A DNA stretch of 64,000 nucleotides, from contig JBMYOQ010000010.1 in assembly GCA_049599475.1 (NCBI GenBank), positions 29,909-93,908 of the forward strand. Direction: 5' to 3'. Source of the stretch: Opitutales bacterium (GTDB taxonomy: Bacteria > Verrucomicrobiota > Verrucomicrobiia > Opitutales > JABSRG01). This document shows positions 9,990-20,286 of this stretch, piece after piece. The position numbers and the translations under genes are program-made. Below the pieces are notes generated by a model. The model saw nothing but the letters and a program-made list of their open reading frames with translations, made no database searches and was not told the DNA's origin. The first letter of the stretch is position 1; the number at the start of each line of letters is the position of its first letter.

Positions 9990-11705
9990 TTACTGCACCA
10001 CGATTCTGAATCCCGTAAAAGAGTCAGCTTCGAGTCCACTTACGTCATCGGCGGGCATCTGCACTAGTTTAGAGTATGGATCCTTAGCATTGCCTCCCAC
10101 TTTCCAGGCGTTATCCGACAAGGCGTTTTCACTGTCACGCTGGGCCCATTCACTCACATTACCCAAAAGATCGTAGAAGCCCGCACGATTAGGCTGCATA
10201 CTCGCTACTTCGCTCAAGGATTTAGACTCTTCGTCTGGCCCGAGCCCTACAGCAATTTCTTCAAGCTTCACAAACCGGAGACTGCCCACCGCCAGACGAA
10301 ATTCTTCTCGGGTCGGCAGTCGAACAACGCGTCCCAATACCCACGATAAGCGCTCACAGAATGCCTCTGCCTCGTCATACCTCACACCGTTCACAGGCTG
10401 TTTGCTTCCAAAAGACAGCGATGGATTGGAACCCATAACCGCACTATACAATTCTTGAGAAATCTCAGTTCTCCCTAGGGAAATATCCGGCTTACCCGGG
10501 AGCGGGAGCAAAGAGTCATAGATAAGGTCCTGTATGAGGCCAAATCTCTCCCGAACAACATTTAGATAGGCGATCTTCAACTCCACAGATTCGGTGTCGT
10601 GCTGATGGCGAGAGTATCTGAGTCGCAGATCTTCCAGGTCTCGATTAATCAGAGAGACCAAATCTTCCCCCTCAGCAGTCCTTCTTGAAGCCAAAACCAT
10701 ATCTAGCTCGTCGGCCTGGCGAATAATACGCCCATAAAGCTCCGCACTTAGCACAGTCTGTCTCCTCACCTCTAGCCTCAGCACTTCTTCATTCGAAGAA
10801 AATCCGCTCGTTGGGAAATTCGTGTTTATGTCTCTCTGAATTCTGCGGGCCTCGTCAAAGGCATTTGCGGCTGCCGCCCAGTTTTTCGCTTCGGCGTATT
10901 TCTCCGCAGCTTCCACCAAGGCAACCTTTTCACCGTGCGCCTGAGCAGAACGAAAAGTCACTTCGCGAGCCCTCAACTTGGCCAACCGCACAATGCTCGC
11001 CCGCTGAGTATTGCGGAATTCTTGATTGAGGCGCTCCTGGGTCTGTATCGCACGCCTCAAGAAGTCTCGAGCCTCCTCCCATTTCCCTTCACGAAACGCC
11101 TCTTCAGCAGATGCTTCAAAGCCCTTGGACTCCAAATGAAGGGGTTCTGATTCAATAAAGGTGATATCCCTAGCTAATCTTGTCGCTCGCCCTACATCTA
11201 CATAAGAGCTCAAAGGGTAATCCCCGTTGATCTTAAGTTGCACAGCGTAGGCTCTTCTCAAGGATCTTTGGGCCTCGAGCAAATCACCTGCTTCTCGAGA
11301 AGCAGAGGCGGCCTTTTCATGCTTCAGCAAATCCTGATTCAAAATTCGCGCCATTCCCTCGTCAAACTGGCGCTGAAGCTCCTGGCGCTTTTCGACAACC
11401 CCACTCAGAAAACCCGTGGAGCGCGACTGAGCCTCATCCAAAAGATCAATCGCTGTTTTCAAAATTTCCAAATCCTCTTTAGCTGGCTGACGCAGTACCA
11501 AAACGTCTCGAAATCGACCTTCCAGTTCTGCACTCTCCTCCATGAGCGCAGTTACATCTGCTGAAGACTCTTCACTCGCATCATAATCGATCTCATCCAG
11601 CGGCTTTGGGCCTAGTTTTGTAAGCATGTAAAATCCAGTCGGGATGCATATAACTACAACCAGAATTAGGATCGGTTTAAAAATTGTCCAAGGGCTAAGG
11701 GCCAT
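9990..11705 (-). CDS. Membrane-anchored helical-repeat protein with C-terminal FGE/SUMF1 domain
   Basis: N-terminal TM; TEISQELY, PVNGV, RLPTREE, PNRAGFYDLLGNVSEW, GFRIV. Confidence 0.85.
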   Translation of the reverse strand: MALSPWTIFKPILILVVVICIPTGFYMLTKLGPKPLDEIDYDASEESSADVTALMEESAELEGRFRDVLVLRQPAKEDLEILKTAIDLLDEAQSRSTGFLSGVVEKRQELQRQFDEGMARILNQDLLKHEKAASASREAGDLLEAQRSLRRAYAVQLKINGDYPLSSYVDVGRATRLARDITFIESEPLHLESKGFEASAEEAFREGKWEEARDFLRRAIQTQERLNQEFRNTQRASIVRLAKLRAREVTFRSAQAHGEKVALVEAAEKYAEAKNWAAAANAFDEARRIQRDINTNFPTSGFSSNEEVLRLEVRRQTVLSAELYGRIIRQADELDMVLASRRTAEGEDLVSLINRDLEDLRLRYSRHQHDTESVELKIAYLNVVRERFGLIQDLIYDSLLPLPGKPDISLGRTEISQELYSAVMGSNPSLSFGSKQPVNGVRYDEAEAFCERLSWVLGRVVRLPTREEFRLAVGSLRFVKLEEIAVGLGPDEESKSLSEVASMQPNRAGFYDLLGNVSEWAQRDSENALSDNAWKVGGNAKDPYSKLVQMPADDVSGLEADSFTGFRIVVQ

Positions 11706-11854
11706 AATCGGGGTGAGTGAAATGCTGGAAACGCTAATTGCACACCATTAAGGGGCAACAAGATAAAGCTGATGGAGGTATGATGAGGTGCTTGAGGCTT
11801 ATCTATATCGGTAAAAGCTCGACAAGCCAAAGAGCAGTTCGTTTCACAAAGAAC

Positions 11855-12727
11855 GTGTTTTCGACTATCGCAATATTAGGACCAGGTCTTCTCGGAGCAT
11901 CAGCGGGCATTGCAGCCCAACAAGCTCAAGTATCAAAGAAGATCGTCGCTTGGGCTCGAAAATCCGAGGTCCGCGTCCTTTGCGAAGAATCCGGATGGTG
12001 CGACGCCGTATATTCCGACGCCCAAGAGGCAGTCAAGGATGCAGATCTCGTCATCATTTGCACCCCCGTCCACACCATCCTTCCCATTTATGAGTCGATC
12101 GCTCCAGCCCTCAAACCAGGAGCGATCGTGACCGATGTAGGCAGCACCAAAAGTGTGATTGTAAGACACGCTCGCGCCCATACCCCTGAAGGCACGTATT
12201 TTATTGGATCCCACCCGATGGCTGGTTCCGAGAAGAACGGATTCACCGCCGGTCGGGGGGATCTCTTTCAAAATAGAGCGTGCTTGGTGACTCCACTCGA
12301 TACAACTCCCGACGCACAATTAGACAGCGTGGTTCGTTTTTGGAAACGCCTCGGAATGCATGTGCATTCGGTCTCCCCGGAAGATCACGACGAGATCGTT
12401 GCCAATATCTCCCACCTCCCTCACGTGCTCGCATCAGTTCTATGCTCCTACCTCGACACTCGACCGCATAACTGGCGCGATTTCGCAGGAGGAGGCCTTC
12501 GCGACACTACCAGAATCGCAGGGGGCGACCCCGGTTTATGGAGGGAAATTTTAGAACAAAACACTGAAGAAATCCTCCGAGCGATCCACGGGTTTCAGGA
12601 AGAGCTACACACACTCGAGTCGGCACTGCGCAATAAACAACCCGCCTCGATCCTCAACATTCTCCAACGTGGACAAATCTACCGGGCACGCTTAAACCCT
12701 CATACTTCAGATCATGACTCAGCTTAG
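11855..12727 (+). CDS. tyrA: Prephenate/arogenate dehydrogenase
   Basis: GPGLLGAS, TDVGSTK, GSHPMAGSE, HDEIVANISHLPH, RDTTRIAGG; GTG 11855 preferred as start. Confidence 0.92.
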   Translation: MFSTIAILGPGLLGASAGIAAQQAQVSKKIVAWARKSEVRVLCEESGWCDAVYSDAQEAVKDADLVIICTPVHTILPIYESIAPALKPGAIVTDVGSTKSVIVRHARAHTPEGTYFIGSHPMAGSEKNGFTAGRGDLFQNRACLVTPLDTTPDAQLDSVVRFWKRLGMHVHSVSPEDHDEIVANISHLPHVLASVLCSYLDTRPHNWRDFAGGGLRDTTRIAGGDPGLWREILEQNTEEILRAIHGFQEELHTLESALRNKQPASILNILQRGQIYRARLNPHTSDHDSA

Positions 12728-14075
12728 CGACCCACATCCGATCATACCCATTACCAAAGCCCTCTCGGGCTCAGTCACGCTTCCTGGCTCAAAGAGCATC
12801 GCCAATCGCTCCATACTTTTGGCTGCGATGAGCCAACGATCTGTCACGCTGCACGACATGCTGTTCAGCCGCGATACCGAGATCATGCTCACGGCATTAG
12901 AGCAGCTCGGCTTCGATACGCAGATCGATCGAGACACCCGCAAAGTCACCGTCACTGGCCTGGGCGGAGAGATCCCGGAAGATGAAGCATCGATCGACAT
13001 CGGCAACTCGGGCACATCCGCCCGTATGATTACCGCATTTCTCTGCATCAAGAAGGGCGGCACATACCATCTCGACGGGGACCCACCGATGCGCAAGCGC
13101 CCAATCAAGGGCCTGCTCGATGCGCTCGAAAGCTGTGGTGCGGCCCAAGTCACCTACGAAGGCGAGCACGGGTTTTTCCCATTCACCCTAAAAACTTTGG
13201 GATACCCAGGCGGCACGATCAAGGCCGACGCAAGTGCGAGTAGCCAGATTCTCTCAGCGCTCATGATGGCGGCACCTTTCGCAGAGAAGGATACGACCAT
13301 CCATATCCTGGGAAACAAAATGCGCACCCCATATGTAGCCATGACGCTCGACATGATGGAGCAATTCGGACAGGCCGGTGCGTGCGATTTCTCGACCCTC
13401 ACTTTCAATATCAGCGCGGGCTACCCCTACCCAGAGGCTCCCGCAAACTACGTGGTCGAGCCGGACGCTTCAGCAGCTAGCTACCTCCTGGCTCTACCCT
13501 TAGTCACTGGAGGGCAAATCACCATAAACGGGCTGAGCAATTCTCAACTCCAAGGCGATATCGAATTCGCCGATGTGCTGGAGGCAGTGGGCGCAGATAT
13601 CAAGCGCGATGTAAGCGATTGGATCGTCTCACGCCCAAGCGATAATCTTCACGGAGTAACCCAAGATTTCTATCAGTTCAGCGATACCTTTTTGACACTC
13701 GCTGCAATCAGCCCGCTACTCTCAGGGAAGACTCATATTTCTGGAATCGAGCACACTCGAAAACAAGAGACCGACCGCATCCACGCCATGGCTACGGAAC
13801 TCAAGAAACTCGGCCAAAAGGTCTCTGAGACCGAAGGTTCGATAACTATTGAACCCGATCTTGAGGCTGCTCGGGCCATCGCACAAAACGGCCCAATCGA
13901 GATAGACACCTACGAAGATCATCGTGTGGCGATGAGTTTCGGAATTCTCGGCTGCTATGATTTGCTCGGACAAGGAAAACCATGGCTTGCCATCCGCGAC
14001 CCTCACTGCTGCAGCAAAACCTTCCCTGATTTCTTCCACGTCATCGAAAACCTGCGCAACGGTCTCGCAGTCTAG
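12714..14075 (+). CDS. aroA: 3-phosphoshikimate 1-carboxyvinyltransferase (EPSP synthase)
   Basis: LPGSKSIANR, GNSGTSAR, SASSQ, ETDRI, DHRVAMSF, KTFPDFF. Confidence 0.96.
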   Translation: MTQLSDPHPIIPITKALSGSVTLPGSKSIANRSILLAAMSQRSVTLHDMLFSRDTEIMLTALEQLGFDTQIDRDTRKVTVTGLGGEIPEDEASIDIGNSGTSARMITAFLCIKKGGTYHLDGDPPMRKRPIKGLLDALESCGAAQVTYEGEHGFFPFTLKTLGYPGGTIKADASASSQILSALMMAAPFAEKDTTIHILGNKMRTPYVAMTLDMMEQFGQAGACDFSTLTFNISAGYPYPEAPANYVVEPDASAASYLLALPLVTGGQITINGLSNSQLQGDIEFADVLEAVGADIKRDVSDWIVSRPSDNLHGVTQDFYQFSDTFLTLAAISPLLSGKTHISGIEHTRKQETDRIHAMATELKKLGQKVSETEGSITIEPDLEAARAIAQNGPIEIDTYEDHRVAMSFGILGCYDLLGQGKPWLAIRDPHCCSKTFPDFFHVIENLRNGLAV

Positions 14076-14097
14076 AAATTCCCTCCAAAGCACACTC

Positions 14098-14754
14098 ATG
14101 GAATCCACATTCATTCTGATCACTGTCGACGGAGGCGCCGCAACAGGAAAAAGCACCACATCTCGAGCTGTTTCCGCAAAGCTCAACCTGCTCCATGTAG
14201 ATACCGGGGCACATTACCGCACGCTTACTCGACTTCTCCTCGATAAAAATATTTCACCAGAATCCGAAACCCGCGTAGCCGAAAGCCTGAATACGGTATC
14301 GCTGGAGACCGTTATCGACGGACGCTCAGCTTTCCTTGCAGTCAATGGGAAGCGCCCTCAAGACGCCGACATCCGGAGTGCTGAAGTAAACGCGAACGTA
14401 TCGCTCTTCGCTCAAATGCCTGCTGTCCGGAACAAACTCAAAGAATACCAGCGAAGCCAAAAAGAGCTCGCCGCAGAATCCAATTTTGCAGGTCTGATCA
14501 TGGAAGGGCGCGATATTGGCTCAGTTATTTTTCCAGATGCTCCCTTCCGTTTTTTCCTGTCCGCCGACCCGGCGACACGCACCAGCCGCAGAGCCGCTGA
14601 AGGTTTGTCCGATTCCATTCTCGAACGGGATAAAACAGACTCCTCGCGCAAAACCGCGCCTCTCACCTGCCCTGCGGGTGCCGTGGAGATAGATACAGGA
14701 AGCCTTTCCGTCGAACAAGTGGTCGAAAAAATAAAACAAACTGTCCACGCATGA
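14098..14754 (+). CDS. cmk: Cytidylate kinase
   Basis: DGGAATGKST P-loop, DTGAHYR, MEGRDIGSVIFPDA; ATG 14098. Confidence 0.95.
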   Translation: MESTFILITVDGGAATGKSTTSRAVSAKLNLLHVDTGAHYRTLTRLLLDKNISPESETRVAESLNTVSLETVIDGRSAFLAVNGKRPQDADIRSAEVNANVSLFAQMPAVRNKLKEYQRSQKELAAESNFAGLIMEGRDIGSVIFPDAPFRFFLSADPATRTSRRAAEGLSDSILERDKTDSSRKTAPLTCPAGAVEIDTGSLSVEQVVEKIKQTVHA

Positions 14755-15368
14755 TCTATTGGATAGTCCAAACACTCTCTAAACTTTTCTTTAAACTCGG
14801 CTTTGGTCTGCGCGCATACGGCGTGGAAAATATTCCCAAAGAAGGCGGCTTCCTATTGGCAGCCAACCATGCCAGCTTCTTCGATCCACCCGCTATTGGC
14901 TGCCCACTTCCGCGGCAAATCTGCTATTTTGCCCGTAAGACTCTCTTCAAAGGATTCTTCGCCTGGCTACTACCTCGCCTCAAAACAATCCCTGTCGACC
15001 GCGATGGCGACTCCGATGTATCCGCGCTCAAACGTGTGTTCAAGGAACTGAAAAATGGCGAAGGCCTTATTCTTTTTCCAGAGGGAACGCGCACAGAGGA
15101 CGGTGAGCTCCAAGAGGCACAACGCGGCGTGGGCATGATCGCCTGCCGCTCCCAAGTGCCCGTAATCCCAGTCAGAATCTATGGGTCATTCGATGCATTG
15201 AACCGATTTGCAAAAAAACCTTCATGGGGCAAAAAGATAACCGTAGTCTACGGAGAAGCCATGCAACCCGAAGATTACGACCCAGGAAAATCCGACAAAG
15301 AACGCTATCTGACAGCCTCTCAACGGGTTATGCAGAGGATAGCAAAACTCGGAAATCCTAGGACTTAG
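14751..15368 (+). CDS. plsC: 1-acyl-sn-glycerol-3-phosphate acyltransferase
   Basis: NHASFFD, FPEGTR; ATGA-coupled to cmk. Confidence 0.9.
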   Translation: MIYWIVQTLSKLFFKLGFGLRAYGVENIPKEGGFLLAANHASFFDPPAIGCPLPRQICYFARKTLFKGFFAWLLPRLKTIPVDRDGDSDVSALKRVFKELKNGEGLILFPEGTRTEDGELQEAQRGVGMIACRSQVPVIPVRIYGSFDALNRFAKKPSWGKKITVVYGEAMQPEDYDPGKSDKERYLTASQRVMQRIAKLGNPRT

Positions 15369-15469
15369 GCATCCATCCAGCTCAAACAGCCCACCCAGTG
15401 ACGCTTCATTAGGAAAAAAGTGTCCTTTACTCAAAGTATACTATCGTGCATAGAAACGGTGATTCCGTT

Positions 15470-15766
15470 ATGACCCAAGATACCCCAACAGGCGAATACA
15501 CGCGCACCCTCGAAGTCAAAAATCGAATGGGCATACACGCGCGTCCCGCAGCAATGATCGTACGTGTGGCGAATAATTATGAAGCCGAATTGTGGGTGGA
15601 AAAAGACGGCGAGCAGGTGAATGGCAAGAGCATCATGGGCCTCATGATGCTAGCGGCTGGACAAGGATCTAAGCTCAAATTTATAGCAACAGGGCACGAG
15701 CCTAGCTGTAATTCTCTGCTTGGAGACCTCGAAGACCTCTTCACGAGGAAATTCGACGAAGCGTAG
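15470..15766 (+). CDS. ptsH: Phosphocarrier protein HPr
   Basis: GIHARPAA, NGKSIMGLMMLAA. Confidence 0.95.
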   Translation: MTQDTPTGEYTRTLEVKNRMGIHARPAAMIVRVANNYEAELWVEKDGEQVNGKSIMGLMMLAAGQGSKLKFIATGHEPSCNSLLGDLEDLFTRKFDEA

Positions 15767-15921
15767 AAAGATCTTCCCTGGCGATCTTTCAAATCCCAAG
15801 CACCAAAACCCAAACTGCTAGAGTACCAGGGCGTTTCCGACTGGGCTCACTCTTATTCGGCAAAAGCCTGGTTGCTAGGGTGGGGTCGAACCGACTCGAT
15901 GAACTGATCGACGGCCTAGTT

Positions 15922-17502
15922 CTATAAAGGCCCAGCACCATCGTCTGGATCTGTGACAAACGGCATCAGCATCAAGATCCCAGCCATCGCGAGATATCCC
16001 CAAGTCCACTTGTTGATATTGAGCGAACCCAGATCAAAACTGCTGATCACATCGAACGGCGTGATCGTGTATGCATGAATAAATCCGAGCGCCGAGAGCA
16101 CTGCCGCGGACAGAAACCAAATCGCAGCTACCCTGAATTTCCGCTCAATGATGGCTACAGTGGCCGAGGCCAATACGATCGAGCAATAGACATAGCCCTG
16201 TTCCAGCGCAAACATCCCATCGGCAAAGAAAGTACGGATCTGGACCAACATATCTACGGTTGCCTGGGAGAAAAAGCTATCCTCAGCGGCAACACCCGTC
16301 ACAAATAAAACGTGCTTACTAATCAGCGCGGCAAAGGCAGCTATCCCTGGCATCAAGCCCACAACCACCGCGGGTGCATGCTTATCCGGCGTAGCATTGA
16401 ATGCCTGAGTACCCATCATGATACCAATCCAGATCAGAATCGCCATGCCGGCCTCAAGAGGAATCAAATAGATCACCAAGCTCAGCATACCGGTGAAGCA
16501 AATCAGGGTCATTACGATCGCATTCAGAGTCGAATAGCCGGCACGCGCTCCGATAGCTTTCCACCCCGGATGACCAATGTAAATTGTGGTTGGAAACGGG
16601 GATCCGAAGAGAGAGGCCGCGAGTGTGCCCAAGCCGTTGAATGCCAAGGCTGGCCGCGCCTCGTAACTATCGCCAGCCGCTGCAGCAGACTCAATATTCT
16701 GCAGGGACAAGACCAGGTTGATGAAACCCATCGGCACGATCACGGCCAGATAATCAACCATGTAGGGGAGAGATGCAAAAAGGTCCCCAATCACAGGCAG
16801 CGGCAGATGAAAACCAATTTGCGACGTATCCAACTCTCCAACCGGCGCCACACCGGTCACCCATGCGAGCGCCGTCCCGATAGCCAAAACGACGAACCCT
16901 GCAGGAAGGCCTCCTTTGAAACGCACACGACCGAAGTAGATCACCATCGTGATCGCGAGCGTCGTCATCCCGACTAGCGGAAAAGCCCACGCTCGAAACA
17001 CGAAATCCATTCCGATGAAAAAGATTCCAATAGCCGCCAATGCCGCGAGCAAAGCTGCTCTCGGCGTAAATCTACGAATAGCGTTAATGAAAAATGCCCC
17101 TATAAACTCGATCAACCCGGAGCCAACACAGGCCATCAACCCTGCGTGCCACGCCACAATATCCGCCTCGTCTTTACTCAGCCCCTCACCTAAAGCCTGC
17201 CCCTGAGCGGGCAACATTACCTGAAAGACAAACACAAAGACAGTTAGCAGATTAATGCCATAGGGAATCGCGCACACATCGGTTCGGTTTTCTCGCTTAG
17301 CCAACCGCAGGGCCTCCCGCGCGTAGAAGAGATTCCCGATCACCAAACCGATCGCCGTAGCTGGTAAAATCCTTGAAAAGAATAGGTCTGGAGAAAACGA
17401 CAGAACCCCCAAGCAAAGACCACTCATCAATATGAGCATCAACAAGTTATCTAATCCCAAGGCGAAAAAGCCGTCGATATCTCCTCTTACGAATCGCTTC
17501 AT
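15922..17502 (-). CDS. NCS2-family (AzgA-like, nucleobase) permease
   Basis: GDIDGFFALGLDN, PYGIN, QNIESAAAAGD, PTTIYIGHPGWKAIGARAGYS; many TMs. Confidence 0.82.
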   Translation of the reverse strand: MKRFVRGDIDGFFALGLDNLLMLILMSGLCLGVLSFSPDLFFSRILPATAIGLVIGNLFYAREALRLAKRENRTDVCAIPYGINLLTVFVFVFQVMLPAQGQALGEGLSKDEADIVAWHAGLMACVGSGLIEFIGAFFINAIRRFTPRAALLAALAAIGIFFIGMDFVFRAWAFPLVGMTTLAITMVIYFGRVRFKGGLPAGFVVLAIGTALAWVTGVAPVGELDTSQIGFHLPLPVIGDLFASLPYMVDYLAVIVPMGFINLVLSLQNIESAAAAGDSYEARPALAFNGLGTLAASLFGSPFPTTIYIGHPGWKAIGARAGYSTLNAIVMTLICFTGMLSLVIYLIPLEAGMAILIWIGIMMGTQAFNATPDKHAPAVVVGLMPGIAAFAALISKHVLFVTGVAAEDSFFSQATVDMLVQIRTFFADGMFALEQGYVYCSIVLASATVAIIERKFRVAAIWFLSAAVLSALGFIHAYTITPFDVISSFDLGSLNINKWTWGYLAMAGILMLMPFVTDPDDGAGPL

Positions 17503-17636
17503 TGTAGTTGCCTTATCAGAGCATTAAGTATGCTCGCCGATAGGGTGTTCTCAAAAGAAGGTTTCAGGTAAACCCCGTGTCAATCTGGAACCCATTCTGC
17601 TGTCTTCACCCTATTGCTTAATAAACTTCTGACTAT

Positions 17637-20048
17637 ATGAACACAAACAAACTGAATACTACTGCAGTCTCGATTTCACTCGCGGTTGCATCGGTCCTAT
17701 CAGCGCAACAGCAAGAGGAAATTCTCGAGCTGGAAGTCATGGAAGGATCTGGAGTGGCGATCGAAGAAAGCGTCCTCCCGACAACCCGCCCGTTCAATTC
17801 CGTATACGGAACTGACCGCAGCATCCTCGAGACTCCGCGTAACGTGACCATTATCTCACGTGAGCAACTCGATGCGATCAACATTAAGGACGTTCGCGAC
17901 TTCACGAAGCTGACTTCCTCGTCTTACACAAAGACAAACTTTGGTGCGCCATCGACTCCAAACCTCCGCGGTGATGAGTCTGACCTTTACGTAAACGGAA
18001 TGCGCCGCGGCCTTTCTACAAACGGTAATGGTCTTCCAATCAACTTCAACTCAGTAGAATCTGTAAACATCGTTAAAGGCCCAGCCGGAGCGGTTTACGG
18101 CACCACCAACTACATCGGTGGTTATGCTGACTTGATCTCCAAGCGCCCTTACTTCGACGGACCTGCAGGATCTGTTTCTTTCACAGCTGCACGCTTCGAC
18201 CAATACACTTGGAACCTCGACTACGGTGCACCTATCAACGATAAGGCTGCCTACCGCATTTCTTACGAAGGTAAGGAACAAGATGGTTTCCACGAACTTT
18301 GGAAAAACAACTCTCAGGCACTCTACGCTGCCGTATCTCTACGCCCGTCAGACAATTACTCAGTCGACATCATGGGTGAGTTCTTCCAAGCGGATTACAC
18401 CGAAAACTGGGGTGTGAACCGTGTCACACAGGACCTCGTTGACAACGGTCGCTATGTCGTAAACAGCCAAACAGACGCTGAGTATGCGGCCTATGTAGCT
18501 AACCTCGGTAACGGCGTAACTGTTTTCGATGGGGGTGTTCCCGGAGACGACTTGGCATCGATCTTTGGCGGTGCTGGATTCGCAACGATCGTTCCTACAG
18601 ACGGAACCACCGTTCCTGTTGACCGTAGCTGGAAAATGGCGGCTCCTGGCGACGACTCATTTGGTCGTTTCTTCTGGCTCCAAGCAATCCAGACTTACGA
18701 AGGCGACGGTTTCGAAATCGTAAACAACAGTCTCTACCAGTACCGCGATCGCGACACTTTCAGCTCTTATCACTACTCAGAGTTGATGCGCGACAACTAC
18801 ACACTGGACAACCGCACAGAGATTCGCTTCGAGACTCCTCTCAGCGACGCACTCACGATCGACTGGAACACAGGTCTTCGCTTCCACTATCAGGACGTAT
18901 GGTCTGTTAACCACTTCTTCAACGAACCAGCAAACTTCTGGGACCTGACTCGCGATCCTGAAACACGTCGCGTTCCCGACCAAGGCTTTGCAGGATTCCC
19001 AATCATCCCTGACCAAGAGCCACGTGGTATCCTCAGCAACTGGTACTATGGCGGCACTGGTGCAGATACACAGACTTACATCGTTGGTCCATTTGCCCAA
19101 GCAGACATCAAAATCGGCGAAAAATTCTCTGTCCTCGCAGGTTACACAAGTGACTACATCGAGACTGAAGAGTCTGATCCTGTTACAGGTGCACTCAACG
19201 CAGAAGAGAACGGCTGGTTGGACAACTACAACGTGAGCTTCGTCTACAGCCTCACCGACAATGCTTCAGTATACTTCACCTATAACCTCAATGAAGTTTA
19301 CGCAAACAGCACCGGTGGTCGTATCGATGCACAGGATTTCGACAACGCTCCTGAAAGTGAGCTCTTCGAATTCGGTGCAAAGGTAAGCCTCCTCGAAGAC
19401 ACTCTCTTCGTGAGCGCATCTTACTTCGACTTCAACAACATCGTAGTCAACCAAGACGACACCGTTGACGAGCGCACCTTCGAAGGTTTCGAAATCGAAA
19501 TGAACTACCAGCCTAACAAGAACTTCTGGATGACAGCTGGTTACTCATACATCGATTCAACTCGGACAGCTGGATTCTTCGCTTCTCCATACACAATTGA
19601 CCGTGCGGACGAAACTGGAGGATTCTATGTATCACCTATTTTCCAGTCTCCACCAGACGGTGTATACGTAGAAAATCCTGGCGTGCCTGAGCACACAGTG
19701 AATGCACTCATCAGCTACCAGTTCGACAACGGCCTCGGCTTCCGTCTCGGATTCCAAGGTTGGGGTGAAATGAACTCTGGTTACGGAGGTTACCCAATCA
19801 CCGTATTCAATGCAGGTGACTTCTTCGCTGGCGATTACGAAATCGAAGCGAACACTGCTCGCCTACCATTCCAGCACGAATTCGATGCGACTGTCTTCTA
19901 CGATTGGGATGACTGGGAGTTCAAGCTCACCGTCTACAACATCACAGACGAAGACAACTGGGACGCAAACAACTCAGGTTACGGTAACGGCTCTCTCGTA
20001 GCACGCTACCCAGTATCTTGGGAAGTTTCAGCAACCTACAACTGGTAA
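17637..20048 (+). CDS. TonB-dependent receptor
   Basis: Signal peptide, plug (ETPRNVTIIS, NLRG, VNIVKGP, GGY..L.SKRP), beta-barrel pattern, terminal W. Confidence 0.93.
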   Translation: MNTNKLNTTAVSISLAVASVLSAQQQEEILELEVMEGSGVAIEESVLPTTRPFNSVYGTDRSILETPRNVTIISREQLDAINIKDVRDFTKLTSSSYTKTNFGAPSTPNLRGDESDLYVNGMRRGLSTNGNGLPINFNSVESVNIVKGPAGAVYGTTNYIGGYADLISKRPYFDGPAGSVSFTAARFDQYTWNLDYGAPINDKAAYRISYEGKEQDGFHELWKNNSQALYAAVSLRPSDNYSVDIMGEFFQADYTENWGVNRVTQDLVDNGRYVVNSQTDAEYAAYVANLGNGVTVFDGGVPGDDLASIFGGAGFATIVPTDGTTVPVDRSWKMAAPGDDSFGRFFWLQAIQTYEGDGFEIVNNSLYQYRDRDTFSSYHYSELMRDNYTLDNRTEIRFETPLSDALTIDWNTGLRFHYQDVWSVNHFFNEPANFWDLTRDPETRRVPDQGFAGFPIIPDQEPRGILSNWYYGGTGADTQTYIVGPFAQADIKIGEKFSVLAGYTSDYIETEESDPVTGALNAEENGWLDNYNVSFVYSLTDNASVYFTYNLNEVYANSTGGRIDAQDFDNAPESELFEFGAKVSLLEDTLFVSASYFDFNNIVVNQDDTVDERTFEGFEIEMNYQPNKNFWMTAGYSYIDSTRTAGFFASPYTIDRADETGGFYVSPIFQSPPDGVYVENPGVPEHTVNALISYQFDNGLGFRLGFQGWGEMNSGYGGYPITVFNAGDFFAGDYEIEANTARLPFQHEFDATVFYDWDDWEFKLTVYNITDEDNWDANNSGYGNGSLVARYPVSWEVSATYNW

Positions 20049-20085
20049 TTTAGCCAGCCACGGTTCTCGAATTTAGAGACACTTC

Positions 20086-20115
20086 AAAGCCCTCCAGAAA
20101 CGGAGGGCTTTTTTG
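20086..20115 (+). terminator. Intrinsic terminator after TonB receptor
   Basis: AAAGCCCTCC-agaaac-GGAGGGCTTT followed by more T. Confidence 0.9.
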
Positions 20116-20286
20116 TTTTCTCAAATCTGAGTAAGTATTTCGATACATTGGAAATGGAGACTTCTAATCATAATCATCCGAAGCTTATCCTATTTCTCGA
20201 ATACCTTTGCGCAAAACCGGGAGCCCCGATGACAGTTTCTAGTTAGTCTTTAGCGACTCCCTACGCTGCGCTGCATTAACTAATCG

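Noticed and set aside
11738..11854. N-terminal extension of tyrA
   Set aside because: The Rossmann fold begins just after GTG 11855; the extension occupies the divergent promoter region.
15780..15920. Possible structured RNA between ptsH and the permease
   Set aside because: Lies between convergent 3' ends; only short pairings and no recognisable riboswitch or tRNA core.
16312..16977. 221-aa His/Arg-rich ORF
   Set aside because: Antisense shadow of the hydrophobic NCS2 permease.
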